The notes: generated from the sequence alone by a model not told the origin. A stretch of 64,000 nt of DNA from an uncultured Gammaproteobacteria bacterium (GCA_964537315.1 CAZIAP010000004.1:14509-78508); one strand, 5' to 3'. Positions 29,686 through 40,422 are shown, numbered from the stretch's first letter. Numbers and translations are program-made.

Positions 29686-29829
29686 ATGAACTTAAGTACA
29701 GTTGGATTAGACCCAATAGTTGCTATATTATTCGGAATATTAATTCTTATTTTTCCTAGATTTCTAAACTATTTTATCGCTGCGTATTTAATTATTACGG
29801 GAGTACTTGGATTGGGAATATTTGGATAG
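29686..29829 (+). CDS. DUF3096-like small membrane protein
   Basis: Manual translation MNLSTVGLDPIVAILFGILILIFPRFLNYFIAAYLIITGVLGLG; SD GAGGTG. Confidence 0.8.
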   Translation: MNLSTVGLDPIVAILFGILILIFPRFLNYFIAAYLIITGVLGLGIFG

Positions 29830-29843
29830 ACAGATAATTCCTT

Positions 29844-30758
29844 TTATTGTGAGTCAATTACTGCTTTAAATGACTCAAAAGGTTGCGCTCCTACAATAGT
29901 GTTATCACCGATAATAAAGGTAGGAGTTCCCGTGATTCCTTTGCTTTTCCCTTCAGATTTGTCTTTCTCCACCTGAGCAGCAAACTGTTTTGTGTCTAAA
30001 CACTGAGAGAAATCATCACCATTTATAGAAAGTGCCGTAGCGTAATTTTTCATGATTTTATACACGTCTGACTCGCTTTTACCTGCCCACTCATTTTGTT
30101 TTATAAATAACTCATTATGGAACTGCCAAAACTTTCCTTGATTTGCTGCACACATTGCCGCATTATGCGCTGTTGGAGCTGCTTTATGGTTATTTAACGG
30201 GAAGTTTTTGAAAATCAGTTTTATTGTTCCTTTATCAAGGTACTCGGATTGAAGCTTAGGAAGAACCTCGTTAATAAACTTTGCGCAATATACACATTCA
30301 AATGAGTAATAAGCAACAACTGCTATCTCTGCATTAGGATCACCAAGCACAAAATTCTCTGCTGGAATTGATACATTTGGCACAGGTGTACTGCTTGGAG
30401 TCGCAGATGGAGATACCATTGATGTCGGTGACGGAGAAGCAGAAGGAGTGACAGTTACCCCATCGTTTCTTCCACCAATATTTTCACTCTGAACTTCTTC
30501 CTGCTCTTCGGGTTTAATGTTTTCGCTTTCTTCAGTTATTTCATCAATTACTTGATCCTCATCGCTTGAACCATTCAGCTGTATTCTGGCAATTCTTTGT
30601 TGCTCTTCGGCATCATTAACTATATTTTGACCAAAGAAATAAAATCCCGAGACCGCAAAAAGCCCCAGAAAAATAGCAATAATTGCAATCGACGTTCTAT
30701 AGTGGATACGAAGTAACAATTTTTTAAACAGTGATTTTTTTCTTTCCATAAGTGTCAA
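29844..30758 (-). CDS. DsbA-family thiol-disulfide oxidoreductase
   Basis: LGDPNA, FECVYC, FPL, AANQGKFW, GTPTF, GAQPF; TM plus PT linker. Confidence 0.9.
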   Translation of the reverse strand: MTLMERKKSLFKKLLLRIHYRTSIAIIAIFLGLFAVSGFYFFGQNIVNDAEEQQRIARIQLNGSSDEDQVIDEITEESENIKPEEQEEVQSENIGGRNDGVTVTPSASPSPTSMVSPSATPSSTPVPNVSIPAENFVLGDPNAEIAVVAYYSFECVYCAKFINEVLPKLQSEYLDKGTIKLIFKNFPLNNHKAAPTAHNAAMCAANQGKFWQFHNELFIKQNEWAGKSESDVYKIMKNYATALSINGDDFSQCLDTKQFAAQVEKDKSEGKSKGITGTPTFIIGDNTIVGAQPFESFKAVIDSQ

Positions 30759-30917
30759 ATTATAGGATTATTAAGTAGACTTGTCAATGAGTATAATGAA
30801 CGCGCGTATTGATTGTATTTAACCTCATCTTACAGCTCATTTGTAAGTTTCGCAACAGAAAATACTTTACTAATCTCTAACATAAAACTTGCAAATAATC
30901 GCAATAATTATCACTGT

Positions 30918-31385
30918 ATGCGAATTTGCAGTCCTGATTTCGACAAAGGGGAACAGATCCCTCGTTCTTTTACATGTACAGGGGCAAACGTAAACCCTCA
31001 GCTGGAAATAAAAAATGCTCCAATGTCGACACGTTCATTTGTACTAGTAGTACTGGAGAAGTCAGAATCAGCAAGTATTGAGGTACGGTGGTTTGTGGTT
31101 AATATCCCGGCCAATGTTACAACTATTTACAGAAATTCAGTTCCCGACGGCGCAGTTGAAGCCATATCAGACAATAGCAAAACATATGAAGGTCCTTGTC
31201 CGATTTTTTTCAACGGACTTCACACTTTTATTTTCAGAGTTTATGCACTGGATAAAAACTTACAAATACCTGCCTCCGCATCCTATTGGGAAGTAAAGTC
31301 GCTAATTGAGAAACATACAATTGCGCAAGCTGAATTATGTGGCACATCCGAAGGAACCGCGTACAATACAAAACAGTCGATATAG
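30918..31385 (+). CDS. YbhB/YbcL (PEBP) family protein, degenerate pocket
   Basis: F..GEQIP..FTC.G.NVNP.L, W.V.NIP, YEGPCP, H.F.F.VYALD. Confidence 0.85.
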   Translation: MRICSPDFDKGEQIPRSFTCTGANVNPQLEIKNAPMSTRSFVLVVLEKSESASIEVRWFVVNIPANVTTIYRNSVPDGAVEAISDNSKTYEGPCPIFFNGLHTFIFRVYALDKNLQIPASASYWEVKSLIEKHTIAQAELCGTSEGTAYNTKQSI

Positions 31386-31400
31386 TCCCTCTTAATCTAG

Positions 31401-31514
31401 CTATGTTACAACAGGAAATTGCGTGATCACTGTACTGAGTAGGGCTACCAGCAATAAACCAAATAAGCCTGCAACAACTATCAATCCTTCCTTGATTTGA
31501 TCATCGTCACCCAT
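31401..31514 (-). CDS. Small single-TM peptide
   Basis: Manual translation MGDDDQIKEGLIVVAGLFGLLLVALLSTVITQFPVVT; -10-like box 7 nt upstream. Confidence 0.45.
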   Translation of the reverse strand: MGDDDQIKEGLIVVAGLFGLLLVALLSTVITQFPVVT

Positions 31515-31581
31515 ACAAAAGCTTATACTGAAGTAAAATAGGAAAAACTTAAACAGGAGGTAAGTATTGTTTAAGAGAGCT

Positions 31582-31797
31582 TTATTTTATTTGCTTGGAA
31601 GAATAACCCAGTTTTGCAACTATTTCCTGAAGTTGTGTAACATTTACTAAGTTTTCATCATACTCTACCTCAGTTGTTTGCTTTGCATAGCTAGTAGATG
31701 AACGTTTAACACCAATTATATCTTCAAACTCACCATCAATATTAAACGCGCAGCTTGTACAGTGCATACCTTCAATTTTCATTTTTATCTTTTTCAT
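31582..31797 (-). CDS. Heavy-metal-associated copper chaperone (CopZ-like)
   Basis: GMHCTSC HMA motif. Confidence 0.9.
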   Translation of the reverse strand: MKKIKMKIEGMHCTSCAFNIDGEFEDIIGVKRSSTSYAKQTTEVEYDENLVNVTQLQEIVAKLGYSSKQIK

Positions 31798-31798
31798 A

Positions 31799-32923
31799 TT
31801 AAATTACTTGAATCACCCCCCTATACATTCCCATCGTGCACATAAATGGTATTTGTGTATTTTCGTTAGGTAGTGTAATTGTTATTGAGTCCTTATCTCC
31901 AACTCTAATGAATTTCTGATAATTATAGTAAGGAATAGCAAATGCAGCAGCGCATCCATATGCACCATCGTTGAATATATCTAAAGTAATTGTTGACCCT
32001 CTTTTGGCTGAGAATGAGTTAGGAGTATAACCTGTATCCTTTATGGAAATATTTATTCTGTCTCTAACCTGATTCTGACTCCCTTCTCCGGAAATATTGT
32101 TAAACGGATTAATATTTACTCCTGCCAAAGCAAAAGCATTATTTAAATTAAATATAGCTAGAAATGCGATCGCCACAGCAGCAAATTTAATAAATTTTGA
32201 ATGTAAAGATTGGCTGAGTTTTGTCGTAAAATACCCAAGAAGGAAAAAAACAGGTGAAGTACCGATTGTAAATGAAGCGAGAATTGCAGCTCCAATTAAG
32301 GGATTGCCTGAGGCGATAGCCAGAGCCATCATAGCTTGAGTTGTTCCACAAGGTATAAAAATCGTAAATCCACCCAGAATTATTGGCGCAAATAGATCAT
32401 CTTTCTTTGACTGCTTTCTGACGAAACGGGTTATAAATCGGGGTGGTTGAATAACAAAATATCTGAAAACAGGATGTAGATTTAACATGTTTGCTGCAGT
32501 TCCAAGCAAAAATACAGCAACTATTATTTGTAATATTGCCTGAACAGTAAGCGACATAGTTAGGAATGACCCCATCCAACCCAGAAGTAAACCTAAAAGT
32601 GAATAAGAGACAATTTTAGATCCAAGAAATGAAAGAATAGGTAATACATTATCCTTATTTTTTGATTTCGATTTTACTGCTGACTCAGCTCTTTGAACTA
32701 GTGTTGCAGCTAATAAGCCACCCTGAACGGCCATACAGGTAAGGCCACCTGTCAACAGTCCAGTCAGAAATATCGCAAAAAGACTCACAGATCCACCTGT
32801 TTCAACTGATGGTAAAGAGAAGTTGTATTCTAGCTGAAGGCTATACACAAATAAAACTACAATAAGCGCCAATAATCCTATGACTGCAATTTTCAAGGAA
32901 ACGGATGGACTATTTGATTTCAT
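31799..32923 (-). CDS. DsbD_2/TauE-like membrane protein with C-terminal cupredoxin domain
   Basis: GGLTCMAVQGG, FIPCGTTQ, CTMGMY. Confidence 0.8.
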   Translation of the reverse strand: MKSNSPSVSLKIAVIGLLALIVVLFVYSLQLEYNFSLPSVETGGSVSLFAIFLTGLLTGGLTCMAVQGGLLAATLVQRAESAVKSKSKNKDNVLPILSFLGSKIVSYSLLGLLLGWMGSFLTMSLTVQAILQIIVAVFLLGTAANMLNLHPVFRYFVIQPPRFITRFVRKQSKKDDLFAPIILGGFTIFIPCGTTQAMMALAIASGNPLIGAAILASFTIGTSPVFFLLGYFTTKLSQSLHSKFIKFAAVAIAFLAIFNLNNAFALAGVNINPFNNISGEGSQNQVRDRINISIKDTGYTPNSFSAKRGSTITLDIFNDGAYGCAAAFAIPYYNYQKFIRVGDKDSITITLPNENTQIPFMCTMGMYRGVIQVI

Positions 32924-32924
32924 A

Positions 32925-35159
32925 TTAAATTTTTACTCGTTTCAGTAAAAGTGAATTTGTAACTACAGATACAGAACTGGATGCCATAGCGATGGATGCG
33001 AGAATTGGACTAAGTAATATTCCAAAAAACGGATATAACACACCCATCGCAACCGGAATTAATAGTACATTGTAGCCAAAAGCCCAAAACAAATTTAATT
33101 TTATAGTTCTCATCGTTTTTTGAGATAATTTTATTGCTTTTGCAACAGATCGTAAATCTTTGTTAAGCAGCGTAATATCAGCCGATTCAATTGCCACATC
33201 AGTGCCGCTCCCTATTGCAATACCTACATCCGCAGCTGCCAGTGCCGGAGCGTCATTTATACCGTCTCCCACCATAGCAACCTTTTTTCCAGATGCTTGT
33301 ATCTTCCTGACTTCATCTTCCTTCTGATCAGGCAAAACTTCCGCAAGCACTTTCTTAATTCCAAGTTTAGACGCAATAGCATTAGCTGCACGTGAATTGT
33401 CACCTGTTATCATAATTACGTCTATACCTCTTTTCATCAAAGCTGTAACTCCGGCTCTCGCTGATTCTTTAAGAGTGTCAGCAACTGCAATTAATCCTAC
33501 AAGTTTTTTATCCACTGCCAAAAGTATGACTGTCTTACCCTCTTTTTCTAGATTCTCAAGTTGTGTAACTGCATTATCGTAGGAAATTTTTTCTTTTTCC
33601 ATTAATCTCCTATTTCCCAATACTATCTCATACTTTTTGACTGTTCCTTTTACTCCGTGACCTGCAACAGACTGGAATTTATCTGCCCTATCAAGTTGTA
33701 TTTTTTTTGCTTGAGCTGCTTTTACGATTGCCTCAGCTAATGAGTGCTCTGATCCAACCTCAATTGATGCAGCTAATTTCAAAATATCTTCCTCACTTTT
33801 AATTTTTGATTTTTGACTTTTAATTTGTATAACATCTGTTACTTCAGGTTTTCCATGAGTAAGTGTGCCTGTTTTATCAAATATTACTGTGTTAATTTTA
33901 TTTGCAACTTCCAAACTTTGAGCATCTTTAATTAATATTCCATTTTCAGCACCTAATCCTGTTCCTACCATAATTGCTGTCGGTGTTGCCAAACCCATCG
34001 CGCATGGACAGGCAATTATGAGAACAGCAACCGTACTGAGCATCGCGTATATAAATGAAGGTTCTGGTCCGAATATATACCAAACTCCAAACGTAGCAAA
34101 TGCCAGCATAATTACGATGGGAACAAAATATGATGAGACTTTATCGGCAATTCGTTGAATCGGAGCCTTGGAACCTTGTGCCTCTTGTACGAGCTTAATA
34201 ATTTGTGCTAACACCGTATCATTGCCAACTGTAGTGGCTTTAAATAAAAAAGTTCCGGATTTATTGATAGTCGCTCCAACTACGGTATCTCCTTTTATTT
34301 TATCAACAGGTATACTTTCTCCGGTGATCATTGACTCGTCAATAGATGACTCCCCTTCTACAATTACGCCATCAACTGGTACTTTTTCTCCTGGTCTAAC
34401 TCTAATAAGATCACCTTTAACGACTTGTTCAATTGGCATATCGACTTCGTTACCATCACGGATGACTCTTGCAGTTTTTGCTTGCAAACCTACAAGCTTT
34501 GTTATTGCTTGACTCGTTCCCATTTTAGCCCTGGCTTCCATGTATCTCCCTAGTAAAATTAACCCTATGACTATTACTGACACATCAAAATATGGCATGA
34601 CCTCCATGCCTAGGTTACTTACAATACTAGGGAAAAAAATTACAAATACTGAGTACACGTAGGCAACGGTCGTACCTAACGCGACCAAAGTATCCATGTT
34701 CGCAGTACGATTCCTCAATGCAGGAATTGTTGCTTTATAAAACTCAAGTCCTGCCCAAAACTGAATTGGTGTTGCCAAAAGCATTTGTACAAAAAAGTTC
34801 CGTAATATTTGAGGTGCTGTATGCATTATTCCTAGAAAAGTACCCCATAAAATTAATACACCAACAATTAAACTGGCAATTACCTTAGTTCGAAGAGTTG
34901 ATAATTCTTTATTTTTTTCTTCTGAAAGTTTTTTCTCGTCTTTTTCTTCTTCAAGAGTATATCCTGTTTTTGATACTGACTCTGAAAGTTTTTCAGGACT
35001 ACTTACTTCCTTATCATATGTGACAGTAGCTTTAGAAGTTGCCAAATTTACCATAGCCTCTTTTACACCATTGGTTTTTTTTAACGATCGTTCTATTGTC
35101 ATTGCACATGAAGCACAACTCATTCCTTTCACTGAAAATGTTTGTTTTACAATATTCAT
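32925..35159 (-). CDS. copA: Copper-translocating P1B-type ATPase
   Basis: [42 protein letters not shown]. Confidence 0.95.
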   Translation of the reverse strand: MNIVKQTFSVKGMSCASCAMTIERSLKKTNGVKEAMVNLATSKATVTYDKEVSSPEKLSESVSKTGYTLEEEKDEKKLSEEKNKELSTLRTKVIASLIVGVLILWGTFLGIMHTAPQILRNFFVQMLLATPIQFWAGLEFYKATIPALRNRTANMDTLVALGTTVAYVYSVFVIFFPSIVSNLGMEVMPYFDVSVIVIGLILLGRYMEARAKMGTSQAITKLVGLQAKTARVIRDGNEVDMPIEQVVKGDLIRVRPGEKVPVDGVIVEGESSIDESMITGESIPVDKIKGDTVVGATINKSGTFLFKATTVGNDTVLAQIIKLVQEAQGSKAPIQRIADKVSSYFVPIVIMLAFATFGVWYIFGPEPSFIYAMLSTVAVLIIACPCAMGLATPTAIMVGTGLGAENGILIKDAQSLEVANKINTVIFDKTGTLTHGKPEVTDVIQIKSQKSKIKSEEDILKLAASIEVGSEHSLAEAIVKAAQAKKIQLDRADKFQSVAGHGVKGTVKKYEIVLGNRRLMEKEKISYDNAVTQLENLEKEGKTVILLAVDKKLVGLIAVADTLKESARAGVTALMKRGIDVIMITGDNSRAANAIASKLGIKKVLAEVLPDQKEDEVRKIQASGKKVAMVGDGINDAPALAAADVGIAIGSGTDVAIESADITLLNKDLRSVAKAIKLSQKTMRTIKLNLFWAFGYNVLLIPVAMGVLYPFFGILLSPILASIAMASSSVSVVTNSLLLKRVKI

Positions 35160-35168
35160 ATATCTTAT

Positions 35169-35528
35169 TTAGCTTGCAATAATTTTTCCATGAAACATAT
35201 TCATTCCACAAGCAAACTCATATTCACCTGGTTTTTCAGGTGATACGCTAACTGTAACTTTTTTATTAAGGGGTAAGTATCTTTTAACTCTGAAATCACT
35301 TATGACTACTTCTTCTAAGCAACTTGAAGAATCTTTTCGAAGAAAATTAATCTTTGTAGTTTTTCCTGTTGGAATTTTTATAACGCTGGGTTGATAACCT
35401 CCATGTACAAGAATATCTACTTCATCTTGAACTTCTACGATATTTTCATTTTTCATCAAAAAAAACCAGTATGTGAATATTATTCCGCTGACCGTAAAAA
35501 TTGATACTAATATCTGATCTAATGTCAT
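35169..35528 (-). CDS. Membrane-anchored cupredoxin (CupA-like)
   Basis: GGYQP, SSCLEEV, FACGMNM. Confidence 0.85.
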   Translation of the reverse strand: MTLDQILVSIFTVSGIIFTYWFFLMKNENIVEVQDEVDILVHGGYQPSVIKIPTGKTTKINFLRKDSSSCLEEVVISDFRVKRYLPLNKKVTVSVSPEKPGEYEFACGMNMFHGKIIAS

Positions 35529-35797
35529 TAGTCTTTTCTCTTGAACACCTCCATCACTTCCGTAATTGCCTCATCTTTTTTACCTTTTGAAATTGCATCT
35601 GCCGCACAAGTCAATAGATGGTTTTCTAAAATGAGATTGTCCACCTCTTTTAGAGATCGCTGCACAGCTTGAGACTGGTGAAGAACATCGATACAGTATT
35701 CGTCTGCCTCTACCATTGAGATAACTTTATTTAAATGCCCTCGCGCAATCTTTAGTCTATGTAGCTGTCTTTCTTTTGTATTTTTTGGTTTAAACAT
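35528..35797 (-). CDS. csoR: Copper-sensing repressor CsoR
   Basis: RLKIARGHL, YCIDVL.Q, NHLLTC. Confidence 0.9.
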   Translation of the reverse strand: MFKPKNTKERQLHRLKIARGHLNKVISMVEADEYCIDVLHQSQAVQRSLKEVDNLILENHLLTCAADAISKGKKDEAITEVMEVFKRKD

Positions 35798-35804
35798 ACT
35801 ATTC

Positions 35805-35854
35805 TATATCCCCCCTATGGGGATATATTATCTTAGAAGATTGCTGTTTGTCAA
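35805..35854 (-). promoter_or_regulatory. CsoR operator and promoter of the copper operon
   Basis: Palindrome TATATCCCC-CCTAT-GGGGATATA 35805-35827; TTGACA(35854-49)-N18-TAATAT. Confidence 0.75.
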
Positions 35855-35901
35855 GCGATTTGCAATATCCTGTAATGTGTGTATAATGAATAGGTTACGC
35901 A

Positions 35902-37041
35902 ATGATACATACCAAAGATAAAAAGAGATTAATCAATTTTGGTAAAAAATTTAATTCACTCTCGAATAAGTTATCAGTCGGAACTCATACACTTACGCCG
36001 ATAAATTTTTCGGAAGAACGAGAGAAGTTTTTCTCGTCCAATACATATAACCCTATTTATCAATACTCACCCAACAATACCTCAGGTTTACATAAAGAGA
36101 TCCAGGCTCTAATTGAAGAATTGGATACGATTACTCTCCCCAACTCGCTTCGGTATTACTTCAGATCTGCGCTGGAAGCACTTTCTACAGATATTGATTT
36201 AATCGATGCAATTGGTACAGATAGGTTCGCCGAAATTGCCGCTGACATCTATCAGTACAACCAGATAAAAAGTGAGTCACTACTTCGTGAAGCCGCTCAT
36301 ATTTCGTTTAATGAACCCGGAAACTGCGAACTACAATCGGCGGAAGAAATGGCTGATAGTTTTCAAAAGTACATCGATCAACTTGGCTTAGACTACACTG
36401 TTACCATCGATACATTCAATGATCATATAATTCGAGTAGGATCCCGTAGTTTAATAGTTGGCTCTAAAGTCAGACGTTTCTGTAAAAATATCAACCGTCT
36501 AATTGTTCATGAAATCGAAAGTCATATTTTGCAACGTCATAATCTAAAAATGTCTGACAATCCATTGCTTAGAGTTATTCCCCGTCCACAAGTTTCATTG
36601 TGGGGTGAAGGTTTAGCAGTATATAACGAAATACATTCTGGAACAATCACACGAGGCGCATTTGAAACATATTATTATCGCTTGAAAGCAGTTGAAAATA
36701 TTAATCGTAGCTTTAGACAAATTTATAATCTTTTGACAGATTATGTCAGTCCTGAGAAAGCGTTTATGATCACGTATCGAGTAAAACGTGGTATGAAGGA
36801 GACTTACAATCCAGGAGGTTTCGCAAAAGATGCCTCATATTTATTGGGATATAAAAAGGTAAGTGAGTACATTCAGGATGGTGGAAATATTAAGTTTCTA
36901 TACACTTCGAAATATCCGCATATAGGAAAATTATTGCTTGAACACGAAATGCTTGAACAAAAACCAGTACTACTCCCCGCATATATGCACACAGCTAAAG
37001 CAACTAATAATTACTTTCCTACTTCTGCTCCTCTTATATAA
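35902..37041 (+). CDS. DUF1704 / MATCAP-like metallopeptidase
   Basis: HEIESH, EGLA, RVKRG, F.KD..Y..G. Confidence 0.8.
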   Translation: MIHTKDKKRLINFGKKFNSLSNKLSVGTHTLTPINFSEEREKFFSSNTYNPIYQYSPNNTSGLHKEIQALIEELDTITLPNSLRYYFRSALEALSTDIDLIDAIGTDRFAEIAADIYQYNQIKSESLLREAAHISFNEPGNCELQSAEEMADSFQKYIDQLGLDYTVTIDTFNDHIIRVGSRSLIVGSKVRRFCKNINRLIVHEIESHILQRHNLKMSDNPLLRVIPRPQVSLWGEGLAVYNEIHSGTITRGAFETYYYRLKAVENINRSFRQIYNLLTDYVSPEKAFMITYRVKRGMKETYNPGGFAKDASYLLGYKKVSEYIQDGGNIKFLYTSKYPHIGKLLLEHEMLEQKPVLLPAYMHTAKATNNYFPTSAPLI

Positions 37042-37086
37042 ATCAAATATTTTTATTACATTTTTAGGATATGCTATGATGAGTAT

Positions 37087-38238
37087 ATGAAGAAGTTATT
37101 GGTTTTATTCTCCCTAATTATTTTTCTCCCTTTGGTTGTAATCGGCCCTATTTTTGCCCAGAATTTCTCTTCAGGCGAGTCGCCTGTACTTCCTCGGGGT
37201 GAGACGGTCACTGGCGACTACTTTGCAACCGGTGAAAAAGTTACAATTTCAGGCACTGTAAATGGAGATGCGTATGTAGCAGGTGGAAATGTTCTCGTTG
37301 ATGGAACAATTAATGGAGATTTACTCGTTGCAGGAGGAAATGTAACTATTCGTGGAACAGTGACCCAAGATGTACGTGCAGCAGGTGGAAATGTTGTTGT
37401 CTCATCTCAGATCGGACGAAACACTACGATCACGGGAGGAAGTGTAGATATCACAGACAGCGCTTCACTTTCCGGTTCACTGGTTGCAGGTACGGGTAAT
37501 CTGCAGATATTTGCTCCTGTAGCAGGAGGAATGACGATTGGCGGAGGAAATGTTGTAATAGGCAATACCGTTGACGGAAATATTGCTGCCGGAGTCGGAC
37601 AGTTGACACTAACCCCAGATGCTCAAGTACGAGGAGACGTACACTACTGGAGCGAAGCCGAAGCGGATATCGCGCCGGGTGCTTCTGTTTCAGGATCTAT
37701 TAGACAAGATATGCCGCCGAGAGGATCAACAGAAGCAGCTGAAGGAGTATTCAGTGCAATCGGTGCGGGACTAACTCTAGCAAGCTTTATTTCTGCCTTG
37801 ATTCTCGGTCTGTTGTTTATAAAATTTGTTCCCCGATTCATGGAAAGAATTTCAGAGACTGTACGGACAGCCCCTGTAAGGTCAGCAGTGATTGGATTTA
37901 TTGCACTGGTAGTAGTACCAATACTTGCGTTCTTCCTGTTCATTACACTCTTACTTATTCCCCTTTCAATAGTCGTGATGGTAATCTATTTCCTAGTCAT
38001 GTATCTCAGTAAGATTTTTGTTGCATACGCAATTGGAATTAAAGCTGCAGAATTACTGAAAGTGACATGGGCGCGTGGTGTTGTTTATGCTGCTGGATTG
38101 ATATTGTTTTACCTAATTTCTGCAATACCGATTATCGGTTGGATATTTGGATTTGTTGCTATGCTTATTGGATTTGGAGCAATACTCTCACTCAAAAGCA
38201 CATTCTACACTACTCTCAGAGACAAGAAACTTGTATAG
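37087..38238 (+). CDS. Bactofilin-like beta-helix protein with C-terminal membrane domain
   Basis: Repeated GD...AGG.V.I.G.V units, multi-TM C-terminus. Confidence 0.8.
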   Translation: MKKLLVLFSLIIFLPLVVIGPIFAQNFSSGESPVLPRGETVTGDYFATGEKVTISGTVNGDAYVAGGNVLVDGTINGDLLVAGGNVTIRGTVTQDVRAAGGNVVVSSQIGRNTTITGGSVDITDSASLSGSLVAGTGNLQIFAPVAGGMTIGGGNVVIGNTVDGNIAAGVGQLTLTPDAQVRGDVHYWSEAEADIAPGASVSGSIRQDMPPRGSTEAAEGVFSAIGAGLTLASFISALILGLLFIKFVPRFMERISETVRTAPVRSAVIGFIALVVVPILAFFLFITLLLIPLSIVVMVIYFLVMYLSKIFVAYAIGIKAAELLKVTWARGVVYAAGLILFYLISAIPIIGWIFGFVAMLIGFGAILSLKSTFYTTLRDKKLV

Positions 38239-38268
38239 AAATCCAGAAGCTTAATGTAAAATTAAATC

Positions 38269-39318
38269 TTATAAAGAAAACTCTCTGAAATTTTTCATGT
38301 CCTCAGATGCGTATAATTTCACATTAATTTCTCGCACAAAATCTATATTTCGTGTATTTATACCTCTATGAATATGAGAATATAACTGAGTAGCTGATTT
38401 GGAGAAGATTCTTTCAAACTTCTTACGATGTAAGTTAAGATCTTCATCTATGAGTGACTGATACTCATCAGTCCATATTTGAATAAATTCATCTTCGGTG
38501 ATTTCTCTATTTTTTATCCGCGAAGCATTCTCCGTAAGTGCCTTTTTTGACCATTTGCCATATATCTTCCATACACCTCGTTCTCCTAATTCTTCTTTAA
38601 TGTATTTAACTCGATTGTGCAATTGTTCTTCTCTTCTGTTTTCTTTAGAATATTTTTCTTTGTTTTCTGTAATTTTATTTTTCATCTCCTCATACGAGTA
38701 TGTAGGGGTTTGTGAAGTGGGTAAAGCCAAGATTTGCCACTCTGGGCAGAGAAGAACCAATCCATTCACTACTCTTCTTTTTCCATGAGGAAATGTGTGA
38801 AGTAAGCGTGAGAAATCAACTGGAGAAAAGAAATGATCGCTTGGATGTGTATGAATTTCAAGCATTGGAAAATTGCCATTCCGTGCAATTTCATAAGCCT
38901 CAGATATAGTGCTAAAAACTTCTCCATGTTTTGCAGAAGAATTGTAGAATCTTTTTTCTTCAGGATCATAAAAAACTATTGAACTTCGTTCGACATCTAC
39001 TTTTTCACTGTATATTTTAATCCTTTCTTCTTCAGCAGCTTCATAAATAGACCGAAAGTTATCCGGAATATCATCAAAATTTAAATGAGAAGTTCTTACT
39101 TCTTCATCAAAAATATATCCTAATTTTTTCTCCCCATATAAATATTCAAAAACAGGAGTATACGAACTCATACTTAGTTCTGACGCAAATTGAATTTTTG
39201 CACTACTATTCAAATCTCCGTATAATAGAAAATCTGTAATGTTTGACGAATCAATGATTGTTGCTTCAGGCTCTTGTTCGGGGACAGGAACCATTGCACG
39301 TGATCTTTCAATAGACAT
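38269..39318 (-). CDS. Hypothetical protein with JAB/MPN+-like motif
   Basis: E(R)...EIHTHPSDHFFSPVD. Confidence 0.55.
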   Translation of the reverse strand: MSIERSRAMVPVPEQEPEATIIDSSNITDFLLYGDLNSSAKIQFASELSMSSYTPVFEYLYGEKKLGYIFDEEVRTSHLNFDDIPDNFRSIYEAAEEERIKIYSEKVDVERSSIVFYDPEEKRFYNSSAKHGEVFSTISEAYEIARNGNFPMLEIHTHPSDHFFSPVDFSRLLHTFPHGKRRVVNGLVLLCPEWQILALPTSQTPTYSYEEMKNKITENKEKYSKENRREEQLHNRVKYIKEELGERGVWKIYGKWSKKALTENASRIKNREITEDEFIQIWTDEYQSLIDEDLNLHRKKFERIFSKSATQLYSHIHRGINTRNIDFVREINVKLYASEDMKNFREFSL

Positions 39319-39508
39319 GCGCGTATTATAAGTTAGGATCATCGATATATCAACTTAGCTTTCGTTATCATAGTTAAGATTACCTAAAATATTTGTACAT
39401 TTATCTCTAAATATTCCATTACCCACCACTCTCTTTCCTTATAGTTATTTAATATAAGACATTTGAATGCCTTGACAAATTGATTGGTTAGGTGTATATT
39501 GCCGAGAG

Positions 39509-40333
39509 ATGAAATATTACAGGACTTTTTTAAATTTTGTGAAGCAGCCAATTGCGTTTATCGCTGTGCTCGGTTTATCTTTAATCCTTCTTATCAGCAT
39601 TAGTTCGAGTGTAAACGCACAAAATCCAAGTGTGTGTCCACAAGGAAATGGATGGAGTAATCATATTCAAGGAACAAACCCACAGTACACAGCTCCTACT
39701 GGATTTTTAATAGCAGAGATTTGCATTAAAGGTGGAAACGCGGACAACAGTCCGAACGGATATCTTAAACACTTTACTTCAGATGGTTGGTTTCAAGTTA
39801 CCTACGAAACAAATGGGAACCCACAAAACAGAAAAACAGTTACAAAAAATTGTGTAGGTGGATTTGGAATCGGAACACATCAAGGTGAAGCATTACACGG
39901 TGATGCAGATGGTTATGCATGTGCAGGTATTTCACATGCTTCATTTAGACTAGTCGCAAAAAGTACTCCAACACCAACACCGACTGATACACCGACTCCG
40001 ACTCCAACATTTACACCTACGCCAACTTTGACTTTAACACCAACTGCTACACCAACTCCAACGCTTACGCCAACTGGTACACCATCAGCCACTCTTACTA
40101 TAACACCTACTCCTACAACTGGATCGATTGGTGGTAACAACAACAATAATAATAGTGATAATACAGGATCAGTTGCAGGAGCAACAACTCAACAGACTGG
40201 AGAAATTTTAGGCGCAACTACACTTGCAGGAACTGGAACTGCTCTTACATCATTTGCTAACATGCTTGGTCTAGCGGGTGCAACATTAGTTGGTATCGCA
40301 TCTACTCGCAGTAAAAAAAAACTGCAAAAATAG
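39509..40333 (+). CDS. Sortase-anchored surface protein
   Basis: Signal peptide, Cys-containing head, (TP)n stalk, LAGTG + hydrophobic segment + KKK tail. Confidence 0.8.
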   Translation: MKYYRTFLNFVKQPIAFIAVLGLSLILLISISSSVNAQNPSVCPQGNGWSNHIQGTNPQYTAPTGFLIAEICIKGGNADNSPNGYLKHFTSDGWFQVTYETNGNPQNRKTVTKNCVGGFGIGTHQGEALHGDADGYACAGISHASFRLVAKSTPTPTPTDTPTPTPTFTPTPTLTLTPTATPTPTLTPTGTPSATLTITPTPTTGSIGGNNNNNNSDNTGSVAGATTQQTGEILGATTLAGTGTALTSFANMLGLAGATLVGIASTRSKKKLQK

Positions 40334-40422
40334 TACTCGTAACACTTAAACGATATTTTAAAAAGCTTTCTAAACTCCGTAAGTCCACTGTCAAAAAAAT
40401 TCGTTCGCACTCACTGTTATTT

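Noticed and set aside
39962-40120. ACNCCN tandem repeats (also 53683-53740 and 30380-30455)
   Set aside because: They encode ordinary Pro/Thr/Ser linkers.
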